A DNA stretch of 64,000 bases from Octopus sinensis. Lineage: Eukaryota. The stretch lies in contig NC_043002.1 of the NCBI RefSeq assembly GCF_006345805.1, forward strand, positions 82,460,001 to 82,524,000, read 5' to 3'. Position 1 is the stretch's first letter. Every line of letters starts with the position of its first letter. The notes beneath the pieces are model-generated. The model searched no databases. It was not told where the DNA came from and worked only from the letters and a program-made list of their open reading frames with translations. Positions 50,983-63,146 of this stretch are shown piece after piece. The translations under genes and the position numbers were made by a program.

Positions 50983-52925
50983 ACACGACACAAAGATGTC
51001 TATTTTATTCCAATGAATATGGTAGAATTCAGTTGTGTCATTATTTTCAGAGAATAATTTAATATTATATTTTTTTATCTCTGATTTTGTTTAATATCCA
51101 AAACAGATGAAAACTGTCAAGTCCTTTGTAAAGTTAATCAAGTTTATTTAACCTGTAATGCAATCATCTCCTCTACATTCCACACAGTGAAGACAAGAAA
51201 ACGTTGCTGTTAATTCCATTGTCCAGAAGAAATATTTTCCAATTCTTTATCATAAATTTTTACTTATATAAAGTAGCTGATTTATTGATGAAAGTGCTTT
51301 GTAAATGCCTCGTCTTCCTTTAATTGATGATGCGGAATAAAATCATCGGATGTGATATTCTGAAATAGGAAAAGATACAATAAGAAAAGAGAAGATGGAT
51401 GGTTAAATGACATAATAATTCAACATGGCAAACATTACATTAACTTTCATCCATTAAATGTCTACGTTTGCACGGACCAGAATCCATTGAGACATAGAAA
51501 CTTTTTCAACATTTTGTCCATGGGTGAATTGTTTTTATATTTCTCTATTTTTTTTTATTCGTTTCAGTTATTTGACTGCAGCCATGCTGGAGCACTGCCT
51601 TTAGTCGAGAAAATCGACCCCAGGACTTATTCTTTGTAATCCTAGTACTTATTCTATCGGTCTCTTTTGCCAAACCGCTAAGTTACGTGGACGTAAACAC
51701 ACCAGCATCAGTTGTCAAGCGATGTTGGGGGGACAAACACATACATATATATATACACATATATACGACGAGCTTCTTTCAGCTTCCGTCTACCAAATCC
51801 ACTCACAAGGCTTTGGTCAGCCAGAGGCTATAGTAGAAGACATTTGCCCAAGGTGCCACGCAGTGGGACTGAACCCGGAACCATGTGGTTGGTAAGCAAG
51901 CTACTTACCATACAGCCACTCCTATGCCTATTTATTTATATTTTCCTCATTGTTTCTTTGCTTTAAATTGTTTCCCCTGTAAAGTGGCAAGGTCTAATGG
52001 TAAGGGCAAGGCTGTGAATCTGATACCCAGTGACACACTGTGTCCCCAAGGCACTTTATTTCACATTGCTCCAGTCCACTCAGCTGGCAAAAATAAGTTG
52101 CAGCTGTAATTCAAAGGGCCATCCTTGTCGTATTGTATGTCATGCTGAATGTTCCTGAGGACTATGTTAAGGGTCCACATGTCTGTAGAACACGCAGCCA
52201 TTTGCATGTTACTTCTAACACAAAGACACACATAATTGTAGGAATGAAAGTTTCCATGCACCAAATTCCCTCATAAGGCTTTAGTTGGCCCAGGGCTATA
52301 GTAGAAGGCACTTTGTCCAGCTGCCTCATAGTGGGGATGAACACAGGACCACTTGCTTTGAAAGCAAATACATGGTTCAATATCCTTTATTTATAATTTA
52401 GAGAAATATTTGGCTGCTATTTCCAGCAGCTTGTGTGATCTATGTAAAAGCTCTTTTACTGAACAAGACCATCATCATTGTCAGCATTTTAACATCCCCT
52501 CTTCCGAGCTTGAGGCAGATATTCTACAGCTGGATGTCCTTCCTGTTGCCAATCCTCATCTGTTTCCAAGTAAAATGATATTCCACCAAGTCCAAACATA
52601 TTTACACAGAATATTGGAAAGAAAGAACATCGCCTCCATGAGGATAAGGCTTCAGTTGGCCCAGGGCTATAGTAGAAGGCACTTTGTCGAGATGCCACAT
52701 AGTGTGGGTCAACACAGGACCACTCGGTTTGAAAGCAAATACATGTACCTAAAACTACAGATAGCTTTCTTTGTCATGTTACAGGTCTTAGGATAAAAGC
52801 CATGTGATGACTGCTATTTCTAGCATAATAAAAGACCAGCAGAGGATGAGTTTTAGTGGGTATATGATTGTTTTCATTGTTTGGTTGGTAATATGGTGAT
52901 TAGACGTGGGTTACATGTAAATGAA

Positions 52926-53805
52926 GGTACTACTTAAGAAGAGTGGTCCCGGTGCGCACACTCGCGCAGGCTAGTCGATCCTACGACTACCTAGCAAAGT
53001 AAATAAAACACAAAATAAATAATGTATCTTTTCGGTTTGAACGGCAGTTTTTTAAAATAATTTCCACGTAACTAAACACTTTTAAACTTCGTATACTGGT
53101 AGAATGTATTTATAAAACATCTTTTTCTCTTGGCTTTATTGAGAAAATTCTATAGTTTGTAAAACAAAGTAACGATCGACTAGTCACGACTAGCTAGCGC
53201 GGATACGCGAGTGCGCGCCCCGGGACCACTCGGTACTACATGAGAACAGTGGTCCCGGTGCGGACTAGTCGATCCTTACTTTGTGTTTTATTTACTTTGT
53301 GTTTGGCATAACTTCGGTGTAAGTACCGGATACATTTCGAGAAAGTGTTTTTTTTATATATGGGTTAGGGGTGGGAGAAAAGGGTTTGTTATCTTCAGAA
53401 ATATAAACACAGTCACACATTTCAAAAAAGTATTTTTTTTATATATGGAGGGTTAGGGTTAGGGTTTGTGTTAGGGGTAGGAGAAAAGGGTTTCTGTTAT
53501 CTTCAGAAATGTAAACAAAGTCACGTGTGTACATATACCGAAATATCGCCACATACTCTAACCCCCCATATATAAAAAAAAACACTTTTTTGAAATGTAT
53601 CTGGTACTTCCGGAAGTACACCGTACTTGTACCGTAAGATCGCCCTGTTTTATTTACTTTGTTTAACAAAAATTATCTATTTTGGGTTTTATTTACTTTG
53701 CTAAGTAGTCGTAGTAGGATCGACTAGTCACGACTAGATAGCGCAGATGCGCGCACCGGGACCACTGTTCGCTAGTAGTACTGATCACTCTTCTTAAGTA
53801 GTACC
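52926..53805. mobile_element. GGTAC MITE containing a GGATC fragment and a nested GGTAC copy (53232-53781)
   Basis: A 9-bp TSD GTAAATGAA is recovered after removing the adjacent hAT; single-copy site at 39048-39056. Confidence 0.8.
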
Positions 53806-53811
53806 GTAAAT

Positions 53812-54008
53812 CAGTGGTTTTCAACCAGGGTTCCACGGAACCTTAGGGTTCCGCAAGAAGTTACAAAACTGCTAAAATCGGCAGTAATTTTTAATTCTCC
53901 TGTGCAGATATGTGTGCATAAGACTATTAAACTATTGCACAGGGGTTCCTCGAGCCAGTGGAATGTTTCCTTGGGGTTCCGCTCTAGCAAAAAGTTTGAA
54001 AAGCACTG
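53812..54008. mobile_element. hAT-type MITE
   Basis: CAGTGGTTTTCAAC...TTGAAAAGCACTG; 8-bp flanks CCGTAAAT / CCGTAAGT. Confidence 0.8.
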
Positions 54009-54058
54009 CCGTAAGTGAAGAATAAAGATTCACTAAATAGGACCAAAAACAATTTTAA

Positions 54059-54367
54059 GGTACTACTAGCGAACAGTGGTCCCGGTGCGCGCTCTCGCAT
54101 ACTCGCGCATCCGCAGCCAGCTAGTCGATCCTTACTTTGTTTTTGTGTTTTATTTACTTTGTTTAAAGAATTATTTACTTCTTGTTTTTGTGTTATATTT
54201 ACTTTGTTTAACAAAAATTATTTACTTTGTTTAAAAAAATTATTTTGTTTACAAAATTTATTTATTTTGTGTTTTATTTACTTTTCTAGGTAGCCGTTCT
54301 AGGGTCGACTACTTACGACTAGATAGCGCGACTGCGCCCACCGAGACCACTGTTCACTAGTAGTACC
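54059..54367. mobile_element. GGTAC MITE X (left inversion junction)
   Basis: Complete TIR pair; preceded by CAATTTTAA. Confidence 0.85.
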
Positions 54368-54488
54368 GAAATGTTTTAATGAAATATACGTTTTGAGATC
54401 AAATTTTTATATAATTTTACGAACATCATGTAGGAAATTACCTTAATGTTACTTTTTCTTATTACAACCTTAAAATAAATCTTTATCA

Positions 54489-54630
54489 ACTTACCGTATT
54501 CTCATGCATCAGTGCCCGATATTAAATCACAAGGAATATTTAAATTTTCCACTGCTGTAAAAGTTATTCCCCTTTAAACGATTAAATTTCTCCGATTCTC
54601 CCCGAGATGGCTCTACGCGCTAGAAATCAC
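54489..54630 (-). promoter_or_regulatory. Type-A first exon, now facing ZNF-g
   Basis: AGATGGC core in 54600-54613; minus-strand donor aatacg|GTAAGT at 54494. Confidence 0.6.
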
Positions 54631-55049
54631 CTTAGAGTCGGATCATGGCTGCTATTTTCAGCACGGTGGTATCTCGTAGATACCCTAATCTATAATTTAA
54701 ATAATTAAGACCAAATATCTTACAAACCATAGAATTTTCTCAAGAACGCCAAGAGAAAAAGATGTTTTATAAACACATTCTACCAGTATACGAGGTGGAT
54801 CTTTTCGGTTTGAACGGCAGTTTTTAACATAATTTCTAGGTAACTAAACAATTTTAAAGATCCTACGAGGTTTAAAATTTTTTAGTTACGTAGAAATAAT
54901 TTTAAAAATCTGCCGGTCAATCCGAAAACATCCAATAATTTTTTTAATAAAGTAAAATGCCACACAAAAACACAAAGTAAGGATCGACTAGTCACGACTA
55001 ACAAGCGTGTGTACGCAAGTGCGCACACCGGGACCCCTGTTCTCAAGTA

Positions 55050-55331
55050 GTACCCAACAACGTAGCATTCTCGTCGTGTCTCCTTGGATTGTCTCAGGGC
55101 TAAACATAAAAAAAACCGGAAAGAGACAAAGCAGGCAGCGACGACGCATGTGCAAAGCACAACAGCTTTTAATGGAAATTATGAAAGACGCATAAAGGAA
55201 CTCAATAGCCAAAACTGTTCCTCTTTTCCTTTTGGCAAGTCAGGTCCCTCACTGCCCTAGAACTGATGCTGCTGGCTCTCTTTGCTTCGACTCCCAACAC
55301 ATGGTGTCGCGAGGCCCTTCTCACAGTAAGT
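55050..55331 (+). promoter_or_regulatory. Type-B first exon, now facing ZNF-h
   Basis: CCGGAA 55116-55121; donor caca|GTAAGT at 55326; homolog of the ZNF-f cassette. Confidence 0.6.
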
Positions 55332-55409
55332 ACCATCTGACAATGTATTCTCTCCTGTTTTTACCAGAATGCCGCAACGTCTTGCAACGAATCAACAAAA
55401 TTAAAATTG

Positions 55410-56038
55410 GGTATTACTAGCGAAGACTGGACCCGGTGCTCGCACAGTCGCGCGTCCGCGCTAGCTTGTCGTAAGTAGTCGATCCTACAACGACTTGCGC
55501 GTATGCAAATGAGTTGATTTTACAGAATAGAATAAAAGAATTTTTAAAAAAAAGTAAATAAATTATTTCTTAGAACAATGTATATGATTTTTTTATACAA
55601 ATCAAATAAAATGTGTGTGATATATTCTTTTAGTTTTCATATTCTTAATTTTTAATCGTGTGTGTGTGTGTATACACACCGATACAAATAGATATTATAT
55701 ATGTGTTTATGTGTGATATATTCTTTTACTAGTTTTTAGTTTTTGGACAGCATCCATAGTAGGTACATCATTATATATATATATGTGTGTGTGTATGTGA
55801 GTATATATATATATATGTGTGTGTGTATGTGCGCATATTTTCTTGTTTGTTTATTTACACTAAACCCCCCACCCCTTTGTCTTGATCATTAATTAGATCC
55901 ATTGGTTGTCTTCCAACCTACAACACAACTCATTTGCATACGCGCAAGTCATTGTAGGATCGATTACTTACGACTAGCTAGTGCGGACACGCGTCTGCGT
56001 GTGGGCGCGCACCGTGTCCAGTCTTCGCTAGTAGTACC
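55410..56038. mobile_element. GGTAC MITE Y (right inversion junction)
   Basis: Complete TIR pair of the gaagactgga subtype; preceded by TTAAAATTG. Confidence 0.85.
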
Positions 56039-57055
56039 TGTTTATTGAAGAACCGCAGTGACCTATGCATACCAGTCTAGCCTTTCAATGCCACCAATGT
56101 TATCCAAGGGTTAGGCACAGATTGATAGAGCAGAGCAATCGATACAGAGTATGTACAAAAATGCCTAAGAGTTTTTGTTTGATTTGGCTGTTATTTCTAG
56201 CATGTGTGTAGCCTGCTAGTAGGCCGTAGACTCGGGAGTGCAGGAGGTTCTTGTAATTTTTTGTTTTTCCTGAAAAGTTGAAATTTTGCAACCAAATTTA
56301 TTCAGAATCATAAGCTCCGTATTTCTCTAAGTATTTTCTCCCCAAAAACTTCTGAAGATAGTGAAAAGTGAAGAAATGGGTGGGTGTGGGTAATTGAAAT
56401 TATGAAATAGGGATTTTGCAAGTTCTTAAAAGAATTATTTTTCAGAATTGTAATCTCCATAGCCGAAAACGTGGGTTTCATTAAAAAACAAAACTTTTCA
56501 GTGGTGGTTTCAGATGTTTAGGCATACCAGTCTTTCAACAACTGAGTGAATTCTGACCCATATGAAACTAGGCATTAAATGAATGACAGTGTTGATGCTG
56601 TAATATTTGCAATGTTGAATTACTATATCATTTATCTTTCACTCGTTATCTTACTGCTTCTTTTCTTATTTCAGAATATCCCACCTTGTTGAACTGAAAG
56701 AAATTTCTTCATTGAGATGTACCTTTGATAGTTTTATCAACTTTTATTGACTAAAGGAAGATGATATATTTATAAGGAGCCTTCATCAATACATCGCCCT
56801 TTTTATATTGATATAATCTATGTCAAACAACGGCGAAATGTTTTTCTTGTCTTCACTGTCTGGAATGTAGAGGAGGTGATTGCTTTAGAAGTTGAATAAC
56901 TTTACGAAGGACTTGACAGTTTTCACCTGCTAATTTAGATATTAAGTAAGATCACAGCTGAAAAACATAGCATTAAATTATTCCCTGAAAATAGGAACTG
57001 AACTGAACACAAAAATATTCATAGAAATGAAAAAAACAATATCTTTGTGATATAT

Positions 57056-58549
57056 ATGAGAAATTATTCTCTCAGAATGAGTAATTTAATAAAATCTAAA
57101 AACCCTGATACAAGAGAGAAACCATATTCCTGTGATGTCTGTGGAAAATCATTCTCTCGAAGAACTCACTTCACCATTCACAAACGTATACATACAGGGA
57201 AGAAGCCATATCAGTGTGATATCTGTGGTGAATCATTCTCTAGAATTGGTCACTTGACTAGTCACAGACGTAGCCATACTGGGGAAAAACCATATCATTG
57301 TGATTTGTGTGGTAAATCTTTTTCTGAAAAGAGCACTTTAACTAGTCATAAACGCATTCATACAGGAGAGAAGCCATATCATTGTAAGATCTGCGGTAAA
57401 TCATTTTCTGATGCCAGTCACTTAAAAAGGCACACACGTATTCATACAGGTGAGAAGCCATATCACTGTGATATCTGTGGTAAATCATTCTCTTGTAGTA
57501 GCCACTTGTCTGATCATAAACGTATTCATACGGGTGAGAAGCCATATCATTGTGATATCTGTGGTAAATCATTCTTTTGTAGTAGCAACTTGTCTAAACA
57601 TAAACGTATTCATACAGGAGAGAAGCCGTATCACTGTAATATCTGTGGTAAATCGTTTTCTGGAAATTGCAATTTAACTAGTCACAAGCGTATTCATACA
57701 GGAGAGAAGCCGTATCACTGTAATATCTGTGGTAAATCATTCACTTTTAAAAGTCAGTTGACTAATCATGAGCCTGTTCATACAGGAGTGAAACCATATC
57801 CTTGTGATATCTGTGGCAAATCATTCTCTGAAAATGGCAGTTTAACAATTCACAAGCGTGTTCATACGGGTGAGAAACCATATCGTTGTGATAACTGTGG
57901 TAAATCATTCCCTTCTAACAGTCACTTGGCTAATCATAAGCGTATTCATTCTGGAGAAAAACCATATCACTGTGATATATGTGACAAATCATTCTCTCAG
58001 AGTAGTGGCTTAAGTAATCACCAGCGCGTTCACTCTGGAGAGAAACCATATTATTGTGATATCTGTGGTAACTCATTTCCTTGTAATAGAAACTTGTCTA
58101 AACATAGACGTATTCATACAGGAGAGAAGCCATATCACTGTGATATCTGTGGTAAATCGTTTTCTGAAAATAGCAATTTAACTGTTCACAAGCGTACACA
58201 TACAGGAGAGACACCATATCATTGTAATATCTGTGGTAAATCTTTCACTACTAAAAGTCACCTGACTAGACACAAACGCATTCATACAGGAGTGAAACCA
58301 TATCCTTGTGATATCTGTGGCAAATCATTCTCTCAAAGTTGCAAATTAACTGTTCACAAGCGTATTCATACAGGAGAGAAACCATATCAGTGTAATATCT
58401 GTGGCAAATCATTCTCTGAAGGAGGTGTCTTAACTAGACATCAGCCTGTTCATACAGGGGAGAGACCATATCAGTGTGATATCTGTGGTAAATCATTCTC
58501 ACGGAAATCCCACTTAAGTAGACATAAGAGTATACACACACAAGTGTGA
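57056..58549 (+). CDS. ZNF-h: C2H2 zinc-finger protein, 17 fingers, ends HTQV; flanks paralogous to ZNF-a
   Basis: Finger repeats; first ATG at 57056; acceptor AG at 56673-56674; 5' UTR and 3' flank align with ZNF-a. Confidence 0.95.
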   Translation: MRNYSLRMSNLIKSKNPDTREKPYSCDVCGKSFSRRTHFTIHKRIHTGKKPYQCDICGESFSRIGHLTSHRRSHTGEKPYHCDLCGKSFSEKSTLTSHKRIHTGEKPYHCKICGKSFSDASHLKRHTRIHTGEKPYHCDICGKSFSCSSHLSDHKRIHTGEKPYHCDICGKSFFCSSNLSKHKRIHTGEKPYHCNICGKSFSGNCNLTSHKRIHTGEKPYHCNICGKSFTFKSQLTNHEPVHTGVKPYPCDICGKSFSENGSLTIHKRVHTGEKPYRCDNCGKSFPSNSHLANHKRIHSGEKPYHCDICDKSFSQSSGLSNHQRVHSGEKPYYCDICGNSFPCNRNLSKHRRIHTGEKPYHCDICGKSFSENSNLTVHKRTHTGETPYHCNICGKSFTTKSHLTRHKRIHTGVKPYPCDICGKSFSQSCKLTVHKRIHTGEKPYQCNICGKSFSEGGVLTRHQPVHTGERPYQCDICGKSFSRKSHLSRHKSIHTQV

Positions 58550-60664
58550 CTGTATAAGTATTAAAATTTATTACAACATGCCTAAAATTACTTCTAGTTT
58601 TTCTGAAAAGAGACAGGGATTTTTTTTTATCTCTTCAAATTTCATGGTATCAACTTCAGTTTCATCAATGTCAACATCAAATTCAGCAAAGACTTTGATT
58701 TCTGAAGATGGTCATGCTGGATTTATGAGGAATTTGTTATGAGAGAATAAAGGAATGGGAATAATGAATAAAAGGGTAAACTGAAATTGGTTTTGTCTAT
58801 GTACTTTCATCAATGTTTACGTTATCATTATCATCATCCTTTAGCGATAATTTTATCTATACGCTGGCATAAGCTGTGACATGAGGTGGCAAGCCATAGT
58901 TCTGCACTAGGTTCCGGTCCGATTTGTTTGGGTTTCTCTGGATGTATTCTCCTAATGCTAACCAGTTTACAGTTTATGCTGTGTGCTTTATATATACACT
59001 TTTGCTTTTTTTATTCATTTGACTGCGGCCATGCTGGAGCACCGCCTTTAATCGAGCAACTCGACCCTGGGACCTATTCTTTTGTAAGCCCAGTACTTAT
59101 TCTATCGGTCTCTTTTTGTCGAACCGCTAAGTAATGGGGACATAAACACACCAGCATCGGTTGTCAAGCAATGCTAGAGGGACAAATACGATGGGCTTCT
59201 TTCAGTTTCCGTCTACCAAATCCACTCACAAGGCTTTGGTCGGCCCGAGGCTACAGTAGAAGACACTTGCACAAGATGCCACGCAGTGGGACTGAACCCG
59301 TAGCCATATGGTTGGTAAGCAAGCTACTTGCCACACAGCCACTCCTATATATAATTTATTTTCTTGTTTTTATTGGATAGTATGTGAAGCATGTTTTTTA
59401 TATAGCAATATTATTATTATTATACTTTTCTAGTTATGTATATCCTCTGATGAGGCCTTTGGTTATTTAAACATACAAATATAATCTTTAATGCCTAGGA
59501 CTATGTTACAATAGCATCCATAGGCAATTTAAGTTGGATTGACTTTTGACCATAGGCTGTAACAGCTGTAAGGAGCAGTTTATTTGTAATATTTTTTTGC
59601 CTATTGATGTATGTTGTTTTGTTCGATTTTCATGTTCTCATTTGTATAATTAATAAATAATGTGAAATTGTAATATCGTAAGTTCATGATCGAAATGAAT
59701 TTGTTCCTCCATTTTCTTATTTATATATATATCATCATCATCATTGTTTAACGTCTGTTTTCCATGCTAGCATGGGTTGGACGGTTCAACTGAGGTCTGG
59801 GAAGCCAGAAGGCTGCGCCAGGCCCAGTCAGATCTGGCAGTGTTTGTACAGCTGGAGGCCCTTCCTAACGCCAACCACTCCGTGAGTGTAGTGGGTATGC
59901 TTTTCACGTACCACCTGCACAGGTGCCACACGAGGCTGGCAAACAGCCACGATCGGATGGTACATTTTACGTGCCACCAGCATATATATATATATATACA
60001 CATGCACATAAATATATATATACACATAGGCGCAGGAGTGGCTGTTTGGTAAGTAGCTTGCTAACCAACCACATGGTTCCGGGTTCAGTCCCACTGCGTG
60101 GCATCTTGGGCAAGTGTCTTCTGCTATAGCCCCGGGCCGACCAATGCCTTGTGAGTGGATTTGGTAGACGGAAACTGAAAGAAGCCTGTCGTATATATGT
60201 ATATATATATGTGTGTGAATATGTTTGTGTGTCTGTGTTTGTTCCCCTAGCATTGCTTGACAACTGATGCTGGTGTGTTTACGTCCCCGTCACTTAGCGG
60301 TTCGGCAAAAGAGACCGATAGAATAAGTACTGGGCTTACAAAGAATAAGTCCCGGGGTCGAGTTGCTCGACTAAAGGCGGTGCTCCAGCATGGCCGCAGT
60401 CAAATGACTGAAACGAGTAAAAAGAGTAAAGAGTAATATGTATATTCATGTGTGTGTATGTATGCATATCTAATACTATAAATGCGAATATCAGTGTGTC
60501 ACACTTTTTCAACTTTACTCCTAGAGGCCATAGCCCAACATATGATACCATTTTGTAATCAGGGTGAATTAAGAATATTCCAGGGCGAATCTGGACCTGT
60601 AATCCTGATATTTTGGGTTCCCAACTGAAAACTTCACCAAAAGTATAAAAAATGTGAGAATCAC

Positions 60665-60960
60665 TTGGAAGCAGAGATCCTTACTGGTCCAAGAAAGGGA
60701 GAAAGAGTTTTAATACTAAGAATCCCCTTAATTCCTCCAGATTTTCCTTTTGAATTCAAAAGACTTCAGTTTCTAGTAAGAATGAGCTATGCAATATTAA
60801 TCAGAAAGTCCCAAGGACAATCATCAAAAGTACCTGGGCGTCATCATATGGGACTCTGCTTTTCTCACGGCCAGTTCTATGTTTGTTGTTCAAGGGTTGG
60901 GAATGGAAACAAAGCTATTTGCACTGGCCCTGAATGGGAAGACCAAAAACGTTGTTTTTG
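60665..60960 (+). mobile_element. Helitron PIF1-helicase C-terminal remnant
   Basis: Translation EAEILTG...RIPLIPPDFPFEFKRLQFLVRMSYA...KSQGQS...CFSHGQFYVCCSRV. Confidence 0.8.
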
Positions 60961-61139
60961 TCATGCAGCTTTGCAATCATTGTTTTGATGAAAACTCAAA
61001 ATTGTTTGAGAAATATTGGTCTAGTTTAATAAAATTTAATATGTACTCAATACGTGAAGGTCCAATCAAGAGCGCTCCACAGGGATTAGCTTAAAAGCCA
61101 TCCAATAGGGCAGCTTTTAAGCTAGTACATATATATATC

Positions 61140-61428
61140 ACGTGACCGACCAGGCTATCAGATGTTGCTACACATCGCTGGTCACAATGCGCTTCACAGT
61201 GTTTTAGCCTTCAAATGACGCCACCCTGCTGGCTAAGCGAGCAGGCCAACAGAAGAAAGAGTGAAAGTTGCGGCGAAAGAGTACAGCATGGATGGCCTGC
61301 CGGAGCCTCGTGGAGCTTTTTAGGTGTTTTCGCTCAATAAACACTCACCACGCCTGGTCTGGGAATCGAAACTGCGATCCTATGACCGCGATTCCGCTGC
61401 CCTAACCACTGTGCCATTGCGCCCCCAC
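61140..61428 (-). mobile_element. tRNA-derived SINE
   Basis: Reverse-complement head ggcgcaatggcacagtggttagggc...gtttcgattccc. Confidence 0.7.
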
Positions 61429-62333
61429 ATATATATATATATATACACACACAAAGTAAATCCTTCAGCACATCTCATGGTTGGTCAGTATAAATTATTC
61501 CACAGGTAAGGAAATGAGTGTGATGGGTGGAAATTCATTCGGCCAGCAGCGATGATGGAAAAAAAACTATTAAATAGATATCTTGGCAATTGCCAAGAAA
61601 TCAGATTCTGAAGGACATGTCGCTCAGCCAGAGAGTAAGAATGAAAAAAATTGGGGTGGAGCAGGGGAAATTGATATTTTAAAACGTGTTTTTTGACCAA
61701 AATTGTGATCTCCGATATCAAAATGCATATGAGATTAAAGGGGGTGGGAAGGTTACATGTCTATGTGGAGTGCTCAGCCACTTGCTCGTTAATTCCATGA
61801 GCAGGCTGCTCGGTTGAATGTATCAACTGGAAACTGCATCGTTGCAACTGATCGAGTGCCAGTGAAATACAGACCGTTCAACTTTACGAATCTATTTGGT
61901 AGACTTTGGACAGAAATTTCATTTACAAGGTATCAGTGAAAAAATTTGCAAAGGAAGAGGACATCCTCATCTTGTAAGAAACAAAAATATGAAGAGGAAG
62001 ACAAATTTCAAACCAGAGTGAGGAGAAGATTTTGGATTGGTCGTTAAAGGAGGCAAACCGTTGTACCTTACTCCCGAGGCATATGGGTCAGGCACAAATG
62101 CTTTAGATGTCGCATTCTGTACATGCTTAGGGAATACATGGAACCAAATGCAATGTTAGTGTGTTAACGATGTGGCCAAACTAGGTACATAGCGATGTGT
62201 TGCAAGGTGGGAAATGAGGAGAGTTTCCCCACGAAATTAACTGAAAGGGCACCACCGATCGTTGTTTGGAATAAAGTTTATGGTAATGGTGTGGGAAGCA
62301 TGAGCCCTTTTTGATACCGTTAGTACAACCATG

Positions 62334-62751
62334 GGATCTTTCGGTTTGAACGGCAGTTTTTTCTAGCGGTGTCATATGAAATTGTCACCAATAATTATGA
62401 CCATAGTATCGATCTATTGCATTTCAATGTTTTAGGGTTAGTTAGGGGTGGTGGTGGGGAGGGTATCTTTTTTTCTTCAGAAATGTAAATAAACCCAATC
62501 TGTTTCTTAAACGAGGGACATATTCATATGGCACAGAATGTTTTTTTTACCTCAATAGACGTCATTGATTGGTTGAAATTGTAGAAATTGAAGAAAAAAA
62601 AACAACAAATATCTTACAAACTATAGAATTTTCTCAATAAAGCCCAGAGAAAAAGATGTTTTATAAACACATTCTACCAGTATACGAAGTTTAAAAGTGT
62701 TTAGTTACATGGAAATTACTTTAAAAACTGTCATTCAAACCGAAAAGATCC
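62334..62751. mobile_element. GGATC-family (Merlin-like) MITE
   Basis: Full TIRs with an exact 8-bp TSD CAACCATG. Confidence 0.85.
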
Positions 62752-63112
62752 CAACCATGCATGTAGTAGTAAAATTTAAAAGGAAGGAAGAATACAAGGA
62801 TGTCAAATTTCTGTAAATAAACGTATGTGATGGGTAGGAATCAGAAAGGAAGAAAGAAGGTATAATGACATACGTGCACAAACATGTACATATGCATGTG
62901 CATGTATGCATACATTTAAACACACACATATATACATACACATGCATGCTCAGACTAATACAAGACCCACATTAAACTCCTCACTCATATCACTATCGAA
63001 CCAAGAGTTTAACTAGGGTCTGTCCATCGCACTTCCTTAGCGTTACCTGCCACTCATTGGGTCTTCTAGATACCAGTACCTCTCATATATATATACTTAT
63101 ATGTATATGAAC

Positions 63113-63146
<34 letters not shown>

